Part shown: positions 26,898 through 28,446 of the stretch, one piece after another | How positions within the stretch are numbered: position 1 is the stretch's first letter | Layout of the letters: each line of letters starts with the position of its first letter | NCBI GenBank assembly: GCA_044358335.1 | Contig: JBIKOC010000001.1 | Coordinates: 1 to 28,446 of the forward strand | Length of the DNA: 28,446 bases | Direction of reading: 5' to 3' | Source: Flavobacteriales bacterium | GTDB lineage: Bacteria > Bacteroidota > Bacteroidia > M30B66 | Notes under the pieces: model-generated | The model's input: only the letters and a program-made list of their open reading frames with translations | Database searches by the model: none | What the model was told of the DNA's origin: nothing | Program-made: the position numbers and the translations under genes

Positions 26898-27977
26898 TCA
26901 TTTCGATTCGGGCAAAAGCAATAGCTGAATTTTCCTACTCAATCGTTGTTCAATCCATACATAACTTAAATACGACACTAACACGATAACTAGAAGTACG
27001 ATTAGAAAATATATCCAGCCTTCAAGAACGGTTTGAACACCTAAAGTTCGCAATGCCCTAGGCAAATAGGTGAGAACAAGTGGATGAATGAGATAGAGTG
27101 AGAAAGAACAATTTCCTATTATTAAAAGTGATTTAGGTATCGAGTAAGATTTGAGTTTATTCCGCTGCAATAGCGCAAACAAAAGAAATCCACACGTTAA
27201 CAAATGATTGTACCAGCCCGGTAGCAATTGAATTATTCTAAAATAACTGAGGATAAATACCGACACAGCTAACAATACATTAGCATTAGCCCAACACAAT
27301 GATGTTGGTTTTATTCGGCTATTATATAGGACACCTAGCCCAATTCCAGCAACAAAAAACAATAATATTGGATTGGTTATTAGATTCAAGTATCCTGTAG
27401 CAAAACCATAACATTCAGAGAGATTAAACATCACATATCCATTATTAATCAGAGGGATTAATAGTGTTGATCCGAACATCCAAGCTCCAAGTATATACCA
27501 TCGCCCCTTGGGAATTAAAATGGAAAAACCGATTAATAAATAAAAATACACTTCGTAATTCAACGACCATCCAACTGCCAAAGGAGGCATTCCATAAGAT
27601 GGTCCAATCAAACTAACAGAAGTTGGATAAAAGAAAAATGCGGGCAATAAAAAGCATGGATGTTCTACAAAATAATAATGCGCATTACCAAGCAAAAACA
27701 CATAAAGCAAGGTCATAAAATAGTATAGAGGAAGAATTCGAATGAGCCGTTTCAATAAGAACTCTTTAACATTCTTCCAACTCGGTTGGACCAAATGAGT
27801 AGTGTGATACATGATAAACCCACTAATCATAAAAAACATTGGAACTCCAATCGACCCATTTCCAAACAAAAATTTTCCCCAATCACCTTGTTTGAGGATG
27901 CCCTTCATATGAAAGAAACACACTAGCAAAGCTGCTAAGGCCCGAAAGAATTGAATGATATCGAGTTTAGGTTTCAT
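26898..27977 (-). CDS. Acyltransferase family 3 (OafA-like membrane O-acyltransferase)
   Basis: IQFFRALAALLVCFFH, GVPMFFMISGFIM, RLIRILPLY, WSLNYEVYFY, GNCSFSLYLIH and YVWIEQ. Confidence 0.92.
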   Translation of the reverse strand: MKPKLDIIQFFRALAALLVCFFHMKGILKQGDWGKFLFGNGSIGVPMFFMISGFIMYHTTHLVQPSWKNVKEFLLKRLIRILPLYYFMTLLYVFLLGNAHYYFVEHPCFLLPAFFFYPTSVSLIGPSYGMPPLAVGWSLNYEVYFYLLIGFSILIPKGRWYILGAWMFGSTLLIPLINNGYVMFNLSECYGFATGYLNLITNPILLFFVAGIGLGVLYNSRIKPTSLCWANANVLLAVSVFILSYFRIIQLLPGWYNHLLTCGFLLFALLQRNKLKSYSIPKSLLIIGNCSFSLYLIHPLVLTYLPRALRTLGVQTVLEGWIYFLIVLLVIVLVSYLSYVWIEQRLSRKIQLLLLPESK

Positions 27978-28116
27978 CTCATTTAATTGGCGGCAACATT
28001 ACGAAGCATTTTGCTTTATTAATGCGTATTTTCTTGAAAATGAATCGTGCGTAAAATTTAATTCTTCGCTGCATTTATTAATGCTTTCTAGAAGAAATTA
28101 TCGACCGAGTTCTTCC

Positions 28117-28124
28117 TATTTTTG
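28117..28124 (+). promoter_or_regulatory. -7 promoter element (TATTTTTG) for the GH3-family gene
   Basis: Exact TAnnTTTG, 8 nt before the ATG at 28133. Confidence 0.55.
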
Positions 28125-28132
28125 CTCCAGTT

Positions 28133-28446
28133 ATGGGACTTAAATCATTCTTCGCCAAACCGCTAGCATCACTTATAGCACGACAAGTGCGCAATTGGAG
28201 CAATAATCCTGTTGAGACACAGGAAAAAGTGTTTCAACAACTCATTGCTGGAGCTCGGGATACTGCTTTTGGAAAAGATCACGATTTTGCCAAAATCCGT
28301 AATTATGAAGACTTCAAAACCAAGGTTCCTGTTCGGGATTACGAAGGACTAAAAACCTACATCGACCGCGCTACCAAAGGAGAAGCAAACGTATTGTGGA
28401 AAGGAAAGCCAATCTATTTCTGCAAAACTTCTGGCACTACGTCTGG
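28133..28446 (+). CDS. GH3 auxin-responsive-promoter family (acyl-acid amido synthetase-like) protein, 5' part (runs off the right edge)
   Basis: Manual translation MGLKSFFAKPLA...NPVETQEKVFQQLI...TAFGKDHDF...VPVRDYEGL...LWKGKPIYFCKTSGTTS. Confidence 0.9.
   Translation, partial: MGLKSFFAKPLASLIARQVRNWSNNPVETQEKVFQQLIAGARDTAFGKDHDFAKIRNYEDFKTKVPVRDYEGLKTYIDRATKGEANVLWKGKPIYFCKTSGTTS

Noticed and set aside
27955-28143. 62-aa + strand ORF
   Set aside because: Spans the intergenic promoter region and both neighbouring starts; no coding signal.

Overview
Bacteroidetes chromosomal window, probably Flavobacteriales-like (porZ, a T9SS-cargo gene, TAnnTTTG promoters, no Shine-Dalgarno motifs seen). 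Left to right: 5' part of porZ; DUF349 protein; a ~490-bp non-coding mosaic repeat array; parDE toxin-antitoxin; GT9; tatD-ansA; tRNA-Ser(GGA) followed by a palindrome-flanked small GIY-YIG nuclease; a SusC/D-less N-glycan-core salvage locus (MFS, ROK kinase, GH20, glycosylasparaginase, short GH2 beta-mannosidase, CutC, plus a GH92 further on); a surface lipoprotein; an orphan nucleotide-sugar dehydrogenase/SDR pair; an accessory block (AAA ATPase relic, FISUMP protein, small T9SS-CTD protein, MORN-variant protein with a CRIPT-like Cys-rich tail, acyltransferase); and the 5' part of a GH3-family gene. Best leads: the CRIPT-like domain, the tRNA/GIY-YIG/palindrome unit, CutC coupled to N-glycan hydrolases, the repeat array, and the FISUMP/CTD pair sharing an N-terminal domain. 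All calls come from reading the sequence and remembered family motifs; no searches were run.
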